DNA of 8,679 nt, taken from NCBI RefSeq assembly GCF_006345805.1, contig NW_021828359.1, forward strand, positions 1 through 8,679. The letters run 5' to 3'. A program made the translations under genes and the position numbers. The notes beneath the pieces were generated by a model that had not been told where the DNA came from, did no database searches, and saw nothing but the letters and a program-made list of their open reading frames with translations. This document shows positions 6,260 through 8,679 of this stretch, in pieces; the first letter of the stretch is position 1; every line of letters begins with the position of its first letter. This stretch comes from Octopus sinensis. Taxonomy: Eukaryota.

Positions 6260-7848
6260 TCCGGCAGGGGATGGTGGTGAACCCTGCTGTACTCTTTCAC
6301 CACAACTTTCTCTCACTCTTACTTCCTGTTTCTGTTGTACCTGTATTTCAAGGGCGGCTTGTCACTCTATGTGTCACGCTGAATATCCCCGCGAACTACG
6401 TTAAGGGTACACGTGTTGTGGAGTACTCAGCCACTTGCACGTTAATTCCACGAGCAGGCTGTTCCGTTGATCGTATCAGCTGGGACCTCATCGTCGTAAC
6501 CGACGGAGTGCTCCTCCAGGGGGTGGTGGTGAACCCTGCTGTACTCTTTCACCACAACTTTCTCTCACCTTACTTCCTGTTTCTTGTACCGATTTCAAAG
6601 GGCCGGCTTGTCACTCTCCTGTCACGCTGAATATCCCCGAGAACTACGTTAAGGGTACACGGTCTGTGGAGTGCCTCAGCCACTTACACGTTAATTCCAC
6701 GAGCAGGCTGTTCGTTGATCGTATCAGCTGGGACCCTCATCGTCGTAACCGACGGGCGTGCTCCTCCAGGTGGGGGGTGAACCTGCTGTACTCTTTCACC
6801 AAAACTTTCTCCACTCTTACTTCCTGTTTCTGTTGTACCTGTATTTCAAGGGGCCGGCCTTGTCACTCTATGTGTCACGTGAATATCCCCGAACTACGTT
6901 AAGGGTACACGTGTCTGTGGAGTACTCAGCCACTTGCACGTTAATCCACGAGCAGGCTGTTCCGTTGATCGTATCAGCTGGGACCCTCATCGTCGTAACG
7001 ACGGAGGTCTCCTCCAGGGGGTGGTGGTGAACCCTGCTGTACTCTTCACCACAATTCTTCACTCTTACTTCCTGTTCTGTGTACCCGTATTTCAAAGGGC
7101 GGCCTTGTCACTCTCCGTGTCACGCTGAATATCCCCGAGAACTACGTTAAGGGTACACGTGTCTGTGGAGTGCTCAGCCACTTACACGTTAATTCCACGA
7201 GCAGGCTGTTCCGTTGATTGTATCAGCTGGGACCCTCATCGTCTTACCGACGGAGTCTCCTCCAGGGTGGGGTGAACCCGCTGTACTCTTTCACCACAAC
7301 TTTCTCTCACTCTTACTTCCTGTTTCTGTTGTACCTGTATTTCAAGGGGCCGGCCTTGTCACTCTATGTGTCACGCTGAATATCCCCGCGAACTACGTTA
7401 AGGGTACACGTGTCTGTGGAGTACTCAGCCACTTGCACGTTAATTCCACGAGCAGGCTGTTCCGTTGATCGTATCAGCTGGGACCCTCATCGTCGTAACC
7501 GACGGAGTGCTCCTCCAGGGGGTGGTGGTGAACCCTGCTGTACTCTTTCACCACAACTTTCTCTCACTCTTACTTCCTGTTTCTGTTGTACCTGTATTTC
7601 AAGGGGCCGGCCTTGTCACTCTCCGTGTCACGCTGAATATCCCCGAGAACTACGTTAAGGGTACACGTGTCTGTGGAGTGCTCAGCCACTTACACGTTAA
7701 TTCCACGAGCAGGCTGTTCCGTTGATCGGATCAACTGGAACCCTCATCGTCGTAACCGACAGAGTGCTTCTGCAAGGGGTGGTGGTGAACTCTGCTGTAC
7801 TCTTTCACCACAACTTTCTCTCACTCTTACTTTCTGTTTCTTTGTACC
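6260..7848 (+). repeat. Array C: six complete plus one partial head-to-tail ~250-257-bp monomers of the SINE body
   Basis: ggtggtgaacc-type anchor at 6273, 6525, ~6773, 7023, ~7268, 7524 and 7781; last monomer truncated at ~7848. Confidence 0.95.
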
Positions 7849-8679
7849 ATGAAGTCGTTGTTCTAAAAGAACGCTGGTCTCCTTGACAACGCTTTACGAC
7901 GTTGATTTCCTTACACTCCCTTCCCCACAGCTTCACGAGGGAGGGAAGAAGGGGGAGAAGCAACACAGGTGCAGGTGTGAGCGTGGACGCCAACTCCTCC
8001 GCCATCGACACACGAAAAAATATGCGTTAAAATGGAAAATAATTATGGTAAATTATTTTTAAAATCGTAGACTCATCGTAGACGCGCGCTAATACCCAGA
8101 AGGGCTCGATATGAATCACGACTATCTATAGATACCCGAATTTGGTTAAACTGCACCCAAAATGTGGGAGTAGTTAGAATCTAAATCGTAGGAGACAGAC
8201 AGACACACAACTTCACTTTTATATATAAAGATTTGTGCAACAACTAAAACATTCGGTTGTGCAAATTGTTTTGCAAAGGAAACCTGCCCTGTGTGCGGTT
8301 TTTGCCGTTTTTGTGGATCTGTTTTCAGCTTTTTTAGCGATTTCTGTTTTGGCGACTTCAAGCCATGAAGTCGTTGTTCTAAAAGAACGCTGGTCTCCTT
8401 CACAACGCATTACGACGTTATTTCCTTTCCTTACACTCCCTTCCCCACAGCTTCACGAGGGAGGGAAGAAGGGGGAGAAGCAACACAGGTGCAGGCGTGA
8501 GCGGGACGCCAATTCCGCCGCCATCGACACACGAAAAAATATGCATTAAAATGGAAAAAATTATGGTAAATTATTTTTAAATCGTGGACTCATCGTAGAC
8601 GCGCGCTAATACCGACGGGCTCAATATGAATCACGACTATAAGATACCCAGTTTGGTTAAACTGCACCGCATTTAAAAT
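7847..8679 (+). mobile_element. Array E: 516-bp-period direct duplication of the end region of a probable non-autonomous Helitron/Helentron-like (HINE/DINE-1-like) element
   Basis: ccatgaagtcgttgttctaaaagaacgc at 7847 and 8363, with near identity over ~310 bp. The first copy ends ggagacagacagacacacaacttcacttttatatataaagat (to 8232), a (GACA)n plus ttttatata..gat end like known HINE/Lep1/DINE-type elements. The class assignment rests on this motif resemblance and recollection. Confidence 0.6.

Noticed and set aside
3431-7848. CRISPR array or prokaryotic repeat system
   Set aside because: There are no unique spacers: entire 184-bp and ~255-bp monomers repeat. No cas-like ORFs are present, and the context (microsatellites, SINEs, LINEs) is eukaryotic.
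291-8549. ORF-track ORFs (61-144 aa) as protein-coding genes
   Set aside because: They recur only because the underlying repeats recur, are low-complexity (IYIY) or antisense to TE remnants, and their frames are not conserved between monomers. Only 2486-2716 partly reflects a real but dead RTE frame.

Overview
Eukaryotic, gene-free, repeat-saturated DNA with no intact protein-coding gene; the listed ORFs are by-products of repeats. From memory, the repeat families resemble Octopus (cephalopod) SINEs and a non-autonomous rolling-circle element; this taxonomic call needs a database check. Five tandem arrays, each built from different transposon material, lie nearly side by side. (A) 1-1280: six ~160-bp retroposon 3'-end units separated by (AT)n. 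(D) ~1570-3050: a ~432-bp chimeric unit made of an RTE-LINE 3' fragment, a SINE tail and an antisense CR1/L2-type LINE fragment. (B) 3431-6041: a minus-strand SINE with one tRNA-like head and 14 x ~184-bp bodies. (C) 6140-7848: a plus-strand SINE with one tRNA-like head and ~6.3 x ~250-257-bp bodies. (E) 7847-8679: a 516-bp-period duplication of a Helitron/Helentron-like element end. The most striking structure is that B and C are head-to-head, 98 bp apart. Each has the layout one Pol III head plus many headless bodies, with higher-order periodicity (tetramer in B, dimer in C), and the B junction is a palindrome between the tail and the truncation point. Many single-base indels suggest poorly polished long-read sequence, so copy numbers and some variants need validation.
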